NCBI GenBank assembly: GCA_963756905.1
Contig: CAVWPO010000009.1
Coordinates: 18,179 to 82,178, forward strand
DNA length: 64,000 nt
DNA from: an uncultured Alphaproteobacteria bacterium
Lineage (GTDB): Bacteria > Pseudomonadota > Alphaproteobacteria > Geminicoccales > Geminicoccaceae
Reading direction: 5' to 3'
Shown one piece after another: positions 20,283 through 30,135 of this stretch (positions within the stretch are counted from its first letter, which is position 1; each line of letters opens with the position of its first letter). Under the pieces are notes generated by a model. That model was not told the DNA's origin, ran no database searches, and saw nothing but the letters and a program-made list of their open reading frames with translations. The translations under genes and the position numbers were made by a program.

Positions 20283-20680
20283 GGGATCGGGAAGCCGCCT
20301 CTGAAACCCCAGGGACCATGACGTCGTGCGCGCGACGCGACCCCGCCCGGCCGCCGACCGGCGGACAGGTCAGGTCGCCACCCAGACCTCTTCTGAGGCT
20401 TGGTACATCATCGCGCCGCGCCTGACATCCAAAATCATTCGCGATCATTCAGAGTCATCTGCAAGCATATCCGCAGTGCGATCGCTGGTCTTCGCCTGGG
20501 CTTGCCGCCGTCAAACCCACGCTCGATGGTTGATTTCCAGGGTTGATCCGGAATCGGGACTTCCGAGAATCGGGCCAAGTTACAGATCTGCCCGCCGATG
20601 GCACGAATCTGCGCCTCCCGGGTCACACATCTGGCGCAGGATGATCTTTGCCGCCGACAAGTCAAGCCGGGCGATCAAGC

Positions 20681-20725
20681 GGTCTCCAGTCCATCGTCTG
20701 GAGGCCGCCTCCAGGGGTGGAGACC
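20681..20725. other. nested hairpin element in the long eboF upstream spacer
   Basis: Outer arms GGTCTCCA (20681-20688) and TGGAGACC (20718-20725) enclose an inner hairpin CTGGAGG-CCG-CCTCCAG (20698-20714). No U tract follows on either strand. Function unknown. Confidence 0.3.
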
Positions 20726-20952
20726 GAATACCCTTGAATGCCCGGGAATCCTCAGGTTCATGGACATTGTCCGACGGTCGAACGGTTGATCTGGAATCAA
20801 CCTCCAGCCTGGGAATCAATCTAGTCTCCACCGCTGATGTGGCAGATGGAGATACAGATGTGACGCATGGTGGCGGCCGAACCCCGCGCGCCGATGACCG
20901 TGGCCGGCGCCTCGAGGCTCGCGGGGCCGGAGGCTCGAAGGGTCGGCGGGCC

Positions 20953-21789
20953 TCACTTCAGGTAGGCCGTGTGCTGCTCGATCACCGGCATGACCGCATC
21001 GCGCCCCTCCGGCGGCAGGGCGAACAGCGCGCGATCGAGGCCGGCCGCCCGGCACTGCTCGACGTAGCCGGCATCCGGCTTGGTGCCGAACAGGGTCGTC
21101 GACACGGTCTTGATGTCGCGCCCGGCCTCATCGGCGAAGCTCTTGAGCCGCGCCATCTCGGCCTTGGGGTCATCGAAGCCCCGCCCGCGCGGGAACCAGC
21201 CGTCGCAGAACTCCATCACGCGCCTGAGCGTGTACTTGGTCTCGCCGCCCAAGAGGATCGGCGGATGCGGCTTCTGCAAGGGCTTCGGCCAGGACCAGAT
21301 TTTCTCGAACTTCGTGAACTCGCCGTCATAGGCCGCCTCGTCCTGGGTCCAGATCGCCTGCATCGCCTTGGCGCGATCGACCATGACCTTGAAGCGGTCC
21401 TCGAACCTGGTGCCGTGGTTCTCCATCTCCTCGGCGTTCCAGCCCGCCCCGATCCCGAACTCGAAGCGGCCATGGGAGATCAGATCGAGGGTCGCGACGA
21501 TCTTCGCGGTCACGATCGGATCGCGCTCGGTCAGCAGGCTGACCCCGGTCCCAAGGCGCAGCGTCTTGGTGACGGCGGCCGCCGCCGCGAGGCCGACGTA
21601 GGGGTCGAGCGTGTGCGAATACTGCCTGGGCAGCTCCGGCCCGCCCGGCCAGGGCGACCTGCGGGCGGCCGGGATGTGGGTGTGCTCGGGCACGAACAGC
21701 AATTCGTAGCCGTGCGCCTCGAGCTCCTTTGCCACCTCGACGATGGGCATCGAATAGTCGGTGGCGAAGTAGTAGAAGCCGATCTTCAT
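20953..21789 (-). CDS. LLM-class (luciferase-like) putative F420-dependent oxidoreductase
   Basis: Last 278 codons of ORF 20953..22389 (MKIGFYYFATDYSMPIVEVAKELEAHGYELLFVPEHTHIP...GRFEFGIGAGWNAEEMENHG). It lies next to the F420 biosynthesis genes. Confidence 0.75.
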   Translation of the reverse strand: MKIGFYYFATDYSMPIVEVAKELEAHGYELLFVPEHTHIPAARRSPWPGGPELPRQYSHTLDPYVGLAAAAAVTKTLRLGTGVSLLTERDPIVTAKIVATLDLISHGRFEFGIGAGWNAEEMENHGTRFEDRFKVMVDRAKAMQAIWTQDEAAYDGEFTKFEKIWSWPKPLQKPHPPILLGGETKYTLRRVMEFCDGWFPRGRGFDDPKAEMARLKSFADEAGRDIKTVSTTLFGTKPDAGYVEQCRAAGLDRALFALPPEGRDAVMPVIEQHTAYLK

Positions 21790-21861
21790 GGGTCGGTTGC
21801 CTCCTCGCGGTCGGAAGCCCCACCCTAGGCCGCAGCGCGCCCGGCGGCTAGCCTCTGTCGC

Positions 21862-22575
21862 ATGCGCCGACCACGAGTGAGGGAGCCGCCGTCCGTGCCA
21901 CCATCGCGTCTCTGGGTCGTGCTGCCGGTCAAGGACCTGGCGAACGCCAAGCAGCGGCTTGCGGGCGTGCTCGACGCCGCCGAGCGTCAGGCGCTGTTTC
22001 GGGCCATGCTGGAGGACGTCCTGAGCGCGCTCGCCGCGACCGCCGGCCTCGCTGGCATCCTGATGGTGACCCGCGATCCCGAGGCGCAGGCGCTCGCCGC
22101 CCGCTACGGTGCCCGGGTCCTCATGGAAGAGACCAACCGCGGCCACACCGCCGCCAGCAGCTTCGGCGCAAGGACGCTCGCCCGCGAAGGCGCGGTCGGC
22201 ATGCTGCAGCTGCCGGCTGACATCCCCCGGGTGACGCCCGCGGACATCGATGCGGTGCTGCGGGTCCATGGGCCAGCGCCGGCCGTGACGCTGGCACCCT
22301 CGCGCGATGAGCGGGGCTCGAACGCGGTCGCCTGCTCGCCGCCCGATCTTTTGCCGCTGCGTTTCGGCGACGACAGTTTTTTCCCGCATTTGCGGCGGGC
22401 GCGAGAGCTCGGAATCGAGCCGCGGATCGTGCAGCGCCCGGGGCTCGCGCTCGACATCGACACGCGGGACGACCTCACGGCGTTCCTTGCCGAGCCGTCG
22501 CCAACGCGGGCCCGCGGCTATCTGGCCGCGAGCGGCATCGCGGAACGCCTGCTGCGAGGTCAGTCCGAGCCGTAG
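21862..22575 (+). CDS. cofC: CofC/FbiD-type guanylyltransferase of F420 biosynthesis
   Basis: [37 protein letters not shown] and GSNAVACSP are typical of CofC. The start may be GTG 21895. The 3' end overlaps the convergent fgd-like gene by 16 nt. Confidence 0.8.
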   Translation: MRRPRVREPPSVPPSRLWVVLPVKDLANAKQRLAGVLDAAERQALFRAMLEDVLSALAATAGLAGILMVTRDPEAQALAARYGARVLMEETNRGHTAASSFGARTLAREGAVGMLQLPADIPRVTPADIDAVLRVHGPAPAVTLAPSRDERGSNAVACSPPDLLPLRFGDDSFFPHLRRARELGIEPRIVQRPGLALDIDTRDDLTAFLAEPSPTRARGYLAASGIAERLLRGQSEP

Positions 22576-23570
22576 CGCTCGCGCAGGCGCGGCAGGACCT
22601 GCTCGGCGTAGAGGTCGAGGAAGCGCTTCTGGTCGGGGCCGGGGGCGTGGAAGACCAGGTGGGTGAAGCCCAGCGCGATGGTCTCGGCGAGGCGCTCGAC
22701 GTGCTCCTCGGGGTCGGTCGAGACGAGGAAGCGGCTGGCGGCGCGCTCGACCGGCAGCGCGTCGGCGAGCTTTTCCATCTCCACCGGGTCCTCGACGCCG
22801 GTCTTCTCCTCGGGCTTGAGCGCGAGGGCCGCCCAGTGGCGGGTGTCCTCGCGGGCGCGCTCGAGGTCGGTATCGAACGAGACCTTCATCTCGATCATGC
22901 GCTCGATGGCATCGGGGGCGCGGCCGGCCTTCTCGAGGCCCTCGGCGAGCGCCGGCAGCAGGGTCTCGGTGTAGAGCTCCTTGGCCTTGCCGCTGGTGCA
23001 GATGAAGCCGTCGCCGATCCGGCCGGCGAGCCGCGCGGCGACCGCGCCTGAGGCTGCGATGTAGATCGGGACCGGGATTTCCGGACGGTCGTAAACGGTG
23101 GCTTTGTCAGTTCGGAAAAAATCGCCCTCGAAGGTCACGCGGTCCTCGCGCGCGAGCCGGCGCATCAGTTCGATCGCCTCGCGCAGGCGGGCAAAGCGCT
23201 CCTTGAAGGGCGGCCATTCCATGCCGGTCGCCGGCACCTCGTTCAGGGATTCGCCGGTGCCGACTCCAAGCAGCACCCGGCCGGGGTAGAGGACGCCGAG
23301 CGTCCCGATCGCCTGGGCGACGACCGAGGGGTGATAGCGGAAGGTCGGGGTCACGACGCTGGTGCCGATCAGCGCCCGCGAGGTGCGCTCGCCCAAAGCC
23401 CCCATCCAGGCGAACGAGAACGGCGCGTGGCCGCCGGTATGCCGCCAGGGCTGGAAATGGTCGCTGACCAGGATCGAATCGAAGCCCTTGGCTTCGGCGT
23501 GGATCGCGAAATCGAGCAGCTCGCGGGGCGGGAACTGCTCCGCCGAGGCTTTGTAGCCGAGTTTCAGCAT
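22560..23570 (-). CDS. fgd: F420-dependent glucose-6-phosphate dehydrogenase family protein (LLM class)
   Basis: [60 protein letters not shown] matches the Fgd family N-terminus as I recall it. 336 aa. Confidence 0.75.
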   Translation of the reverse strand: MLKLGYKASAEQFPPRELLDFAIHAEAKGFDSILVSDHFQPWRHTGGHAPFSFAWMGALGERTSRALIGTSVVTPTFRYHPSVVAQAIGTLGVLYPGRVLLGVGTGESLNEVPATGMEWPPFKERFARLREAIELMRRLAREDRVTFEGDFFRTDKATVYDRPEIPVPIYIAASGAVAARLAGRIGDGFICTSGKAKELYTETLLPALAEGLEKAGRAPDAIERMIEMKVSFDTDLERAREDTRHWAALALKPEEKTGVEDPVEMEKLADALPVERAASRFLVSTDPEEHVERLAETIALGFTHLVFHAPGPDQKRFLDLYAEQVLPRLRERYGSD

Positions 23571-23673
23571 GGAACGTCCTCGCCGCTTCCTGGGTTCGGG
23601 GAGCGGCCCGCATGGTCGACCGCCGCCCTATCCTGATATCCTCTGGGCCCACGTCAACAGCCGCGAGATCGCA

Positions 23674-24738
23674 ATGCGCGCGCTTCGGATCCTGCTCGGC
23701 GTGGCGCTGGCCGCGGCCATCCTCGCGGCGGTCGTGCCGCGTCACGTCGACGACCCCGAGCGGGCGTTCCAGCGCGCGGTCGCGGGCGCGCTCGCGAGCG
23801 GCATGGACGACCGCCTGCTCGAGGTCGCCCTCGATCAGTATCCCGACCAGGCCCCGGCGATCGTCATCACCTATGGCCGCCTCGAGCTGTTCCGGGAGCA
23901 GCTCGCTCGCTTCGGGCCGCAGGTCGTGCCGATCGTCGCCGCCTATCAGCGCTCGCGCACGATCGCCGACCTCGCGCAGATGGCAAAGGAGGGCTGGCAG
24001 CGGTTCGAGGCCTGGCTCAAGGGCGGCGGCAGCGCCGTCGATCTGGCGCCGCTGACCGCGGAGCAGCGCGGGCTGATAGCACTCCTCAAGATGCGCGCCC
24101 AGGGCAACGGCTTCGTCGGGCTCTGGGAGATCACGGCCGGAGGCGAGGCGCGGTGGGTCCCGAGCCGCCTCGTCACGCTCGGCGGCGCCGAGCTCCTGTT
24201 CGGCGGCCTCACGGCCCTCGAGCGCGACCTGGTCCAGGGCAAGGAGGTCGACTGGCGGACCTACGGGCTCGCGGCGGTCGACCTCGCCGCGATCGCCTCG
24301 GGCGTGGCCCTGCTGCGCTTTGCGCGCACGGCCGCGGGTGGTGCCAGCGCCGCCCGGGCTGCCGGCGCGGCCGAGGGCGTGGCGGCGGCAGGGACCGGCG
24401 CCGAGGCGGCGACGCTCAGGTCGGGCGCGCTCGCTGCGGGCGAGGTGCTCGGCATCAACGCCGTCAGGGTCGCCGTGCCGGTCGGCGTGATCGCGCTGAT
24501 GGCGCTGCACCCGGGCGTGTTCACGCACTATGCCTGGCTGCTCGCGGACGGCCTCGGGCTGCCCGGCGTCCTCGGCCCGATCGCCCTTTGGAGCCTCGTC
24601 CTCCTGCCGCTCTCGTTCCTTCTGTCCTGGCTCCTGCTCTCGGTGCGCGTGCTGCGCCTGAGCGGCCGGCTGCTGGCGGGTGCCGGGCGGGGCTGCCAGC
24701 GTCTCGCCGTCCGGCTTGCGGCCGCCGACGATCGCTGA
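23674..24738 (+). CDS. membrane protein of unknown function, inside the F420 island
   Basis: ORF 23569..24738 with the start moved to ATG 23674 (MRALRILLGVALAAAILAAVV). It has an N-terminal TM helix, a soluble middle and C-terminal TM helices (IALWSLVLLPLSFLLSWLLLSV). I recognise no family. Confidence 0.45.
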   Translation: MRALRILLGVALAAAILAAVVPRHVDDPERAFQRAVAGALASGMDDRLLEVALDQYPDQAPAIVITYGRLELFREQLARFGPQVVPIVAAYQRSRTIADLAQMAKEGWQRFEAWLKGGGSAVDLAPLTAEQRGLIALLKMRAQGNGFVGLWEITAGGEARWVPSRLVTLGGAELLFGGLTALERDLVQGKEVDWRTYGLAAVDLAAIASGVALLRFARTAAGGASAARAAGAAEGVAAAGTGAEAATLRSGALAAGEVLGINAVRVAVPVGVIALMALHPGVFTHYAWLLADGLGLPGVLGPIALWSLVLLPLSFLLSWLLLSVRVLRLSGRLLAGAGRGCQRLAVRLAAADDR

Positions 24739-24887
24739 GCCGCCCGACTTGTACGGGCGCGCGAGATGGGCTGTACTCCGGCGGCCACCGGGCGGCTTGG
24801 CCCGCGGCGACCGGTTGGCGCCGACCCTGACCTCCTCTGGCACCGCAGACCTCAAGCAGGGGGCGCGCGCACGCGCCGATCGAACCC

Positions 24888-27317
24888 ATGGCCCAAGATA
24901 CGATCCTCGCCGATGCCGCCGCCGGCGCCCCGCTCACCGACGCGCAGGCGCAGGCACTCCTCGCGTGCGACGACCTGGAGGCGCTGCTGGCGGCGGCCCG
25001 CGCCCGCCGGGATCTCGCCCACCCGGCGGTCGTCAGCTATTCGCCAAAAGTCTTCATCCCGCTGACCCAGCTCTGCCGGGATGCCTGCCGCTACTGCACC
25101 TTCGCGCAGGCACCCCGGGAGCTGAAGGCGCCCTATCTGTCGGTCGACGAGGCGGTCAGGATCGCCGAGGCGGGGGCCGAGGCCGGCTGCCGCGAGGCGC
25201 TGTTCACGCTCGGCGACCAGCCGGAGCAGCGCTACCGGATCGCACGGGACGCGCTGGCGGCGCTCGGCCACGGGTCGACCATCCAGTACCTGGCCGAGGT
25301 CGCGGGGCGGGTCCAGAAGGCGACCGGCCTGTTGCCGCACGTCAATCCGGGCGTCATGAGCCGGGCCGATCTCGAGCGGCTGCGCGGGGTTTCGGTGTCG
25401 GCCGGGCTGATGCTGGAGTCGGCCTCCGAGCGCCTCTGCGCGCGCGGCGGCCCGCACCACGGCTGTCCCGACAAGCGCCCCGAGGTCCGGCTCGCGACCA
25501 TCCGCGCGGCCGGCGAGCTTGCCGTGCCGTTCACCAGCGGCATCCTGATCGGGATCGGCGAGACCCGGCGCGAGCGGATCGAAGCTTTGCTGGCGTTGCG
25601 CGCGCTGCACGCCGAATACGATCATCTGCAGGAGATCATCGTCCAGAATTTCCGCGCCAAGCCCGGCACCGCGATGGCGGCGGCGCCGGAGCCGTCGCTC
25701 GAGGATCACCTCTGGACGATCGCGCTCGCCCGCCTGGTCTTCGCGCCCGAGATGAGCATCCAGGCGCCGCCCAACCTCAATCCCGCCGCCCTCGACCGGC
25801 TGCTCGCGGCCGGCATCGACGATTGGGGCGGCATCTCGCCGGTGACCCCCGACCACGTCAATCCCGAGGCGCCCTGGCCCGCGCTCGAAGCCTTGCGGCG
25901 GGCGACCGAGGCGGCCGGCAAGGAGCTCGCGCCACGCCTGGCGATCTACCCGCGCTATGTCCTGGAGCCGGAGCGCTGGCTGGCGCCGGCCATGCGCAAG
26001 CCGGTCCTCGACCACGCCGACGCCGAAGGCTTCGCGCGCGAGAACGGCTGGATCGCGGGTGCTGCCTCGAAGCCCGTGGCCCCGATTACGGATCGCAGCC
26101 CGCCGGGGCCGGCGCTGGGGGCGATCCTGCGGCGCGCGCGGGGTGGCCAGACGCTCGAGGAGGCCGAGGTCGTGCGTCTGTTCGCGGCCCGCGGCCGCGA
26201 GGCCGAAGCGGTCTGCCGGGCGGCCGACGAGCTGCGCCGGGAGGTGAGCGGCGAGCGGGTCGCCTACGTCGTCAATCGCAACATCAACTATACCAACGTC
26301 TGCTACTTCCGCTGCCGCTTCTGCGCGTTCTCCAAGGGCAAGCTCTCGGAGAACCTGCGCGGCCCGGCCTACGACCTCGATCTCGAGGAGATCGCGCGCC
26401 GGACCCGCGAGGCCTGGGCGCGCGGGGCGACCGAGATGTGCCTCCAGGGCGGCATCCACCCCGACTACAGCGGCCGGACCTACCTCGAGATCTGCCGGAC
26501 CGTGAAGCAGGCGGCGCCCGAGATCCACGTCCACGCCTTCTCGCCGCTCGAGGTCTGGCAGGGCGCGCGCACCCTCGGGATCTCGCTCGCCGACTTCCTC
26601 GCCGAGCTGAAACGCGCCGGGCTCGGCTCGCTGCCCGGCACCGCCGCCGAGATCCTGGACGACGAGGTCCGGCGCGTGATCTGCCCCGACAAGATCACGA
26701 CCGCCCAATGGCTCGAGGTCATGCGCACCGCCCATGCGCAGGGCCTGCGCAGCACCGCGACCATCATGTTCGGCCACGTCGACCATCCCCGCCACTGGGC
26801 GCGGCATCTTCTGCGCATCCGCGAGCTGCAGGCCGAGACCGGGGGCTTCACCGAGCTGGTGCCCCTGCCCTTCGTGCACATGGAGGCGCCGATCTACCTC
26901 AAGGGCGGCGCGCGCCGCGGCCCGACCTGGCGCGAGGCTTTGCTGATGCATGCGGTCGCGCGTCTGGTGCTGCACCCGCAGATCACCAACGTCCAGACCT
27001 CCTGGGTCAAGATGGGCCCGCGCGGAGCGCAGGCCTGCCTGCAGTCCGGGGCGAACGATCTCGGCGGCACGCTGATGAACGAATCGATCACCCGCGCCGC
27101 CGGCGCCGCCTTCGGCCAGGAGATGCCGCCTCGGGCGATGGAGGAGCTGATCAGAGAGCTCGGACGCCTGCCCGCTCAGCGCACGACCGTCTACGGCGAG
27201 GCGCCGCCCGAGCGCGTCGACGCCTCGTTCCGGGCCGCACCGCTCACCGAGCCCGTCAACCAGCCGCCGCGGCGCCGCGAACGCTCCGGAGACCAGCTGC
27301 TGGTGCGCTTCGGATAG
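24888..27317 (+). CDS. fbiC: bifunctional FO synthase FbiC (CofG + CofH radical-SAM domains)
   Basis: 809 aa with two radical-SAM cluster motifs, CRDACRYCTF and CYFRCRFCAF. The domain order is typical of fused FbiC. Confidence 0.95.
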   Translation: MAQDTILADAAAGAPLTDAQAQALLACDDLEALLAAARARRDLAHPAVVSYSPKVFIPLTQLCRDACRYCTFAQAPRELKAPYLSVDEAVRIAEAGAEAGCREALFTLGDQPEQRYRIARDALAALGHGSTIQYLAEVAGRVQKATGLLPHVNPGVMSRADLERLRGVSVSAGLMLESASERLCARGGPHHGCPDKRPEVRLATIRAAGELAVPFTSGILIGIGETRRERIEALLALRALHAEYDHLQEIIVQNFRAKPGTAMAAAPEPSLEDHLWTIALARLVFAPEMSIQAPPNLNPAALDRLLAAGIDDWGGISPVTPDHVNPEAPWPALEALRRATEAAGKELAPRLAIYPRYVLEPERWLAPAMRKPVLDHADAEGFARENGWIAGAASKPVAPITDRSPPGPALGAILRRARGGQTLEEAEVVRLFAARGREAEAVCRAADELRREVSGERVAYVVNRNINYTNVCYFRCRFCAFSKGKLSENLRGPAYDLDLEEIARRTREAWARGATEMCLQGGIHPDYSGRTYLEICRTVKQAAPEIHVHAFSPLEVWQGARTLGISLADFLAELKRAGLGSLPGTAAEILDDEVRRVICPDKITTAQWLEVMRTAHAQGLRSTATIMFGHVDHPRHWARHLLRIRELQAETGGFTELVPLPFVHMEAPIYLKGGARRGPTWREALLMHAVARLVLHPQITNVQTSWVKMGPRGAQACLQSGANDLGGTLMNESITRAAGAAFGQEMPPRAMEELIRELGRLPAQRTTVYGEAPPERVDASFRAAPLTEPVNQPPRRRERSGDQLLVRFG

Positions 27318-27322
27318 CCCTG

Positions 27323-28099
27323 GTGCCGGCCGCGCCCCAGCCGATCACGCTCGTCGCCATCCCCGGCATTCCGGCGATCGGCGCGGGCGACGACCTCGCG
27401 GCCATCCTGGGCGACGCCCTGGCGGCGGCGGACCTGCGCCCGAGACGCGGCGACGTGCTGGTGGTGACCCACAAGATCGTCTCCAAGGCCGAAGGCCGCT
27501 CGGTGTCGCTCGCCGACGTCCGGCCATCGGCGCGCGCCCGGGAGCTGGCGGCGGCGACCGGCAAGGACCCGGCCCTGGTCGAGGTGATCCTCGCGGAATC
27601 CCGCGCCGTGCTCCGCCACCGGCCGGGGCTGATCATCACCGAGCATCGGCTCGGCCTCGTGCTCGCCAACGCCGGGGTCGATCAGTCCAACGTGCCCCAG
27701 GGCGATGGCGAGCCGCGGGTCCTGCTGCTGCCGAGCGACCCGGATGCCAGCGCCGCCGGGCTGCGGGCCGGCCTCGGGCGGCGGTTCGGCGAGCCGGTCG
27801 GCGTGGTCGTGAGCGACAGCGTCGGGCGTGCCTGGCGGAACGGCGTCGTCGGGCTCGCGATCGGCGTCGCCGGGCTGCCGGCGCTGCTCGACCTGCGCGG
27901 GCGGCCGGACCTCGAAGGCCGGCCGCTGCAGGTGACCCAGGTCGGGCTCGCCGACCAGATCGCCGCGGCGGCGGAGCTGCTGATGGGCGAGGCCGACGAG
28001 GGCCTGCCCGCGGTGCTGGTGCGCGGGTTTGCCACCGACGCCCCGGCGCTGCCGGCCGCGGCCCTGATCCGCGAGCGCGCGGCGGATCTGTTCCGGTGA
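27323..28099 (+). CDS. cofE: F420-0:gamma-glutamyl ligase CofE (single-domain, no FbiB-type C-terminal nitroreductase domain)
   Basis: Last 259 codons of track ORF 24680..28099, from GTG 27323 (PITLVAIPGIPAIGAGDDLA...VVTHKIVSKAEGR...LVLANAGVDQSN...SDSVGRAWRNG). It ends in a 4-nt overlap with cofD. Confidence 0.85.
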   Translation: MPAAPQPITLVAIPGIPAIGAGDDLAAILGDALAAADLRPRRGDVLVVTHKIVSKAEGRSVSLADVRPSARARELAAATGKDPALVEVILAESRAVLRHRPGLIITEHRLGLVLANAGVDQSNVPQGDGEPRVLLLPSDPDASAAGLRAGLGRRFGEPVGVVVSDSVGRAWRNGVVGLAIGVAGLPALLDLRGRPDLEGRPLQVTQVGLADQIAAAAELLMGEADEGLPAVLVRGFATDAPALPAAALIRERAADLFR

Positions 28100-29061
28100 G
28101 CGCGTCCCCCACCGTCGTCGCGCTCTCGGGCGGCATCGGCGGCGCCAAGCTGGCGCTCGGGCTCTACCGGACGCTGCCGCCGGACTCGCTGATGGTGGTC
28201 GGCAACACGGGCGACGATTTCGAGCACCTCGGGCTCAGGGTCTCGCCGGATCTGGACACGGTGCTCTATACGCTGGCCGGGATCGCGAACCCGGAGACCG
28301 GCTGGGGCCGCGCGGGGGAGACCTGGAGCTTCATGCGGGCGCTAGGCGAGCTGGGCGGCGAGACCTGGTTCCGGCTCGGCGATGCCGATCTCGCGACCCA
28401 CATCGAGCGCACCCGCCGCCTCGCCGGAGGCGAGAGCCTGGCCGACATCAGCCTGGACTTCTGCCGGCGGCTCGGGGTGCGCGCCCAGGTCGTGCCCATG
28501 TGCGACCAGCCGGTCCGCACCATGGTCGAGACCGAAGGCGGCGTCCTGCCGTTCCAGCGTTATTTCGTCGAGCAGCGCTGCGCCCCTCGGGTCAGGAGCT
28601 TCGAGTTTCGCGGCGCCGCCGAGGCGCGGCCGCTGCCGGCGCTCGAGGAGGCGCTCGCGAGCGATCGGCTCGAGGCGATCGTGATCTGTCCCTCGAACCC
28701 CTTCATCAGCATCGACCCGATCCTGGCGGTGCCGGGCCTGCGCGCGGCGATCGCCGCCAGCCCGGCGCCGATCGTCGCGGTCTCGCCGATCATCGGCGGG
28801 CGCGCGGTCAAGGGCCCGACCGCCAAGATGATGGCCGAGCTCGGCCTCGCGACCAGTGCCCAAACGGTCGCCCGGCACTACGCGCGGCTGATCGACGGCC
28901 TGGTGATCGATGCCGCCGATGCCGCCCTGGCCCAGGCGATCGATCTCCCTTGCCTCGCGACGCCGACCCTCATGACCAGTGAGGCCGACAAGCGCCGTCT
29001 CGCCTCGGAGGTCCTGGCGTTCGCGCGCGGGCTCCGCCGGCCGGTCCGGCTGCGCTTGTAG
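28096..29061 (+). CDS. cofD: 2-phospho-L-lactate (or analogue) transferase CofD/FbiA
   Basis: VVALSGGIGGAKLALGL, GNTGDDFEHLGLRVSPDLDTVLYTLAG and PSNPFISIDPILAVPG are hallmark CofD motifs. Confidence 0.9.
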   Translation: MSASPTVVALSGGIGGAKLALGLYRTLPPDSLMVVGNTGDDFEHLGLRVSPDLDTVLYTLAGIANPETGWGRAGETWSFMRALGELGGETWFRLGDADLATHIERTRRLAGGESLADISLDFCRRLGVRAQVVPMCDQPVRTMVETEGGVLPFQRYFVEQRCAPRVRSFEFRGAAEARPLPALEEALASDRLEAIVICPSNPFISIDPILAVPGLRAAIAASPAPIVAVSPIIGGRAVKGPTAKMMAELGLATSAQTVARHYARLIDGLVIDAADAALAQAIDLPCLATPTLMTSEADKRRLASEVLAFARGLRRPVRLRL

Positions 29062-29137
29062 CGGCTCGAACGGGCGGGTCGACGGTCAGCGTTCCCGATC
29101 GAGGAAGGCGCGGATCGCGGCGCGACGGGGCTCGGGG

Positions 29138-30097
29138 CTATCTGATCAGCGGCCGGACCTCGGCCATGAAGCGTTGCATGCTGGCAAGCGATTTCTCGAG
29201 CGTGTCGCGCTGGAAGTTGAGCACGAGGTCGCTCACGCCGAGCGCGCTCAGCGCGGCGATGTCCTGGGCGAGCTCGGCGGCACTGCCGGTCAGGATGTGC
29301 CGCTCGCCGCTCTCGAGCCGGGCGGCGGGCTTGGCTTCGTCGAACCAGCCGGCGTAGTACACGAGCCCGATGGTCTTGGGATCGCGGCCGTTCTGCTCCG
29401 CCGCCTGGTGGAGCTTCTCGATCCCGGCCTTGAGACGGGCCGGGGTGTCGAGCGGATGCTGCGGGTTGTTGCCGATCGGGAACCAGGCATCGCCGTAGCG
29501 CACGGTGCGCCGGACCGCGGGCGGGCTCTCGCCGCCGACCCAGATCGGCGGATGCGGCTTTTGGATGGGCTTGGGCTGGAAGCTGACGTTCTCGAACTTG
29601 ACGTGGCGGCCCTGGAAGCGCGGGTTCTCCTCGGTCCAGAGGATCTTGAACGCCTGCAGCCACTCGTCGGTGACCCGGCCGCGCTCCTCGAACGGCGGCG
29701 TGTTGATCGCCTCGAACTCCTCCTTCATCCAGCCGGCGCCGGCGCCGAGCACCATGCGGCCCTTGGACAAGACGTCGATCGTGGCGACGATCTTGGCGGT
29801 GTGCATCGCCGCGCGGTAGGGGATCACGGCGACCGCGGTGATCAGGCGCACTTTGTCCGTGATCGCCGCCAGCCAGGCGAGCTCGGTGAACTGCTCGAAG
29901 CAGTCGCCCGAGGCGGCGCCCGGCCAGGTGCCGGAGGCGGAATAGGGGTAGCGCGAGTCGATGCTGCGCGGCACGACCAGGTGGTCGGACAGCGACAGAT
30001 GGGCAAAGCCCAGCTCTTCGGCCCGGCGCGCCATGGCCGCGATCGCGTCCGCGGTCGCGAGCGGGCCGCGGGTGGGAATGGTGAGGCCGACGTCCAT
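29138..30097 (-). CDS. LLM-class putative F420-dependent oxidoreductase
   Basis: 319 aa, intact (GRMVLGAGAGWMKEEFEAIN, PKPIQKPHPPIWVGGES). Luciferase-like fold in F420 gene context. Confidence 0.8.
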   Translation of the reverse strand: MDVGLTIPTRGPLATADAIAAMARRAEELGFAHLSLSDHLVVPRSIDSRYPYSASGTWPGAASGDCFEQFTELAWLAAITDKVRLITAVAVIPYRAAMHTAKIVATIDVLSKGRMVLGAGAGWMKEEFEAINTPPFEERGRVTDEWLQAFKILWTEENPRFQGRHVKFENVSFQPKPIQKPHPPIWVGGESPPAVRRTVRYGDAWFPIGNNPQHPLDTPARLKAGIEKLHQAAEQNGRDPKTIGLVYYAGWFDEAKPAARLESGERHILTGSAAELAQDIAALSALGVSDLVLNFQRDTLEKSLASMQRFMAEVRPLIR

Positions 30098-30135
30098 CGT
30101 GGTATCCCTCCAGAAGGCGGCAACGGCGGGGCGGC

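Noticed and set aside
24852-26975. 707-aa ORF on the minus strand. Similar very long antisense ORFs include 2302..4092, 14953..16446, 20326..21828, 23107..24855, 35806..37599, 42930..44828, 49846..51750, 54668..56272 and 61078..63915.
   Set aside because: They lie antisense to genes with clear family identity (fbiC, the Liv SBP, eboA, the LLM gene, mrdA, leuA, ilvI/miaA and others). Their translations are Arg/Pro/Gly/Ala-rich low-complexity sequences, as expected from stop-poor shadow frames in high-GC DNA.
24680-28099. 1139-aa ORF, and likewise ORF 5459..7420 (653 aa).
   Set aside because: Only the last 259 codons (cofE) and the last 323 codons (livM-type permease) look coding. The upstream parts are alternative frames of fbiC and of the LivF/LivH genes.
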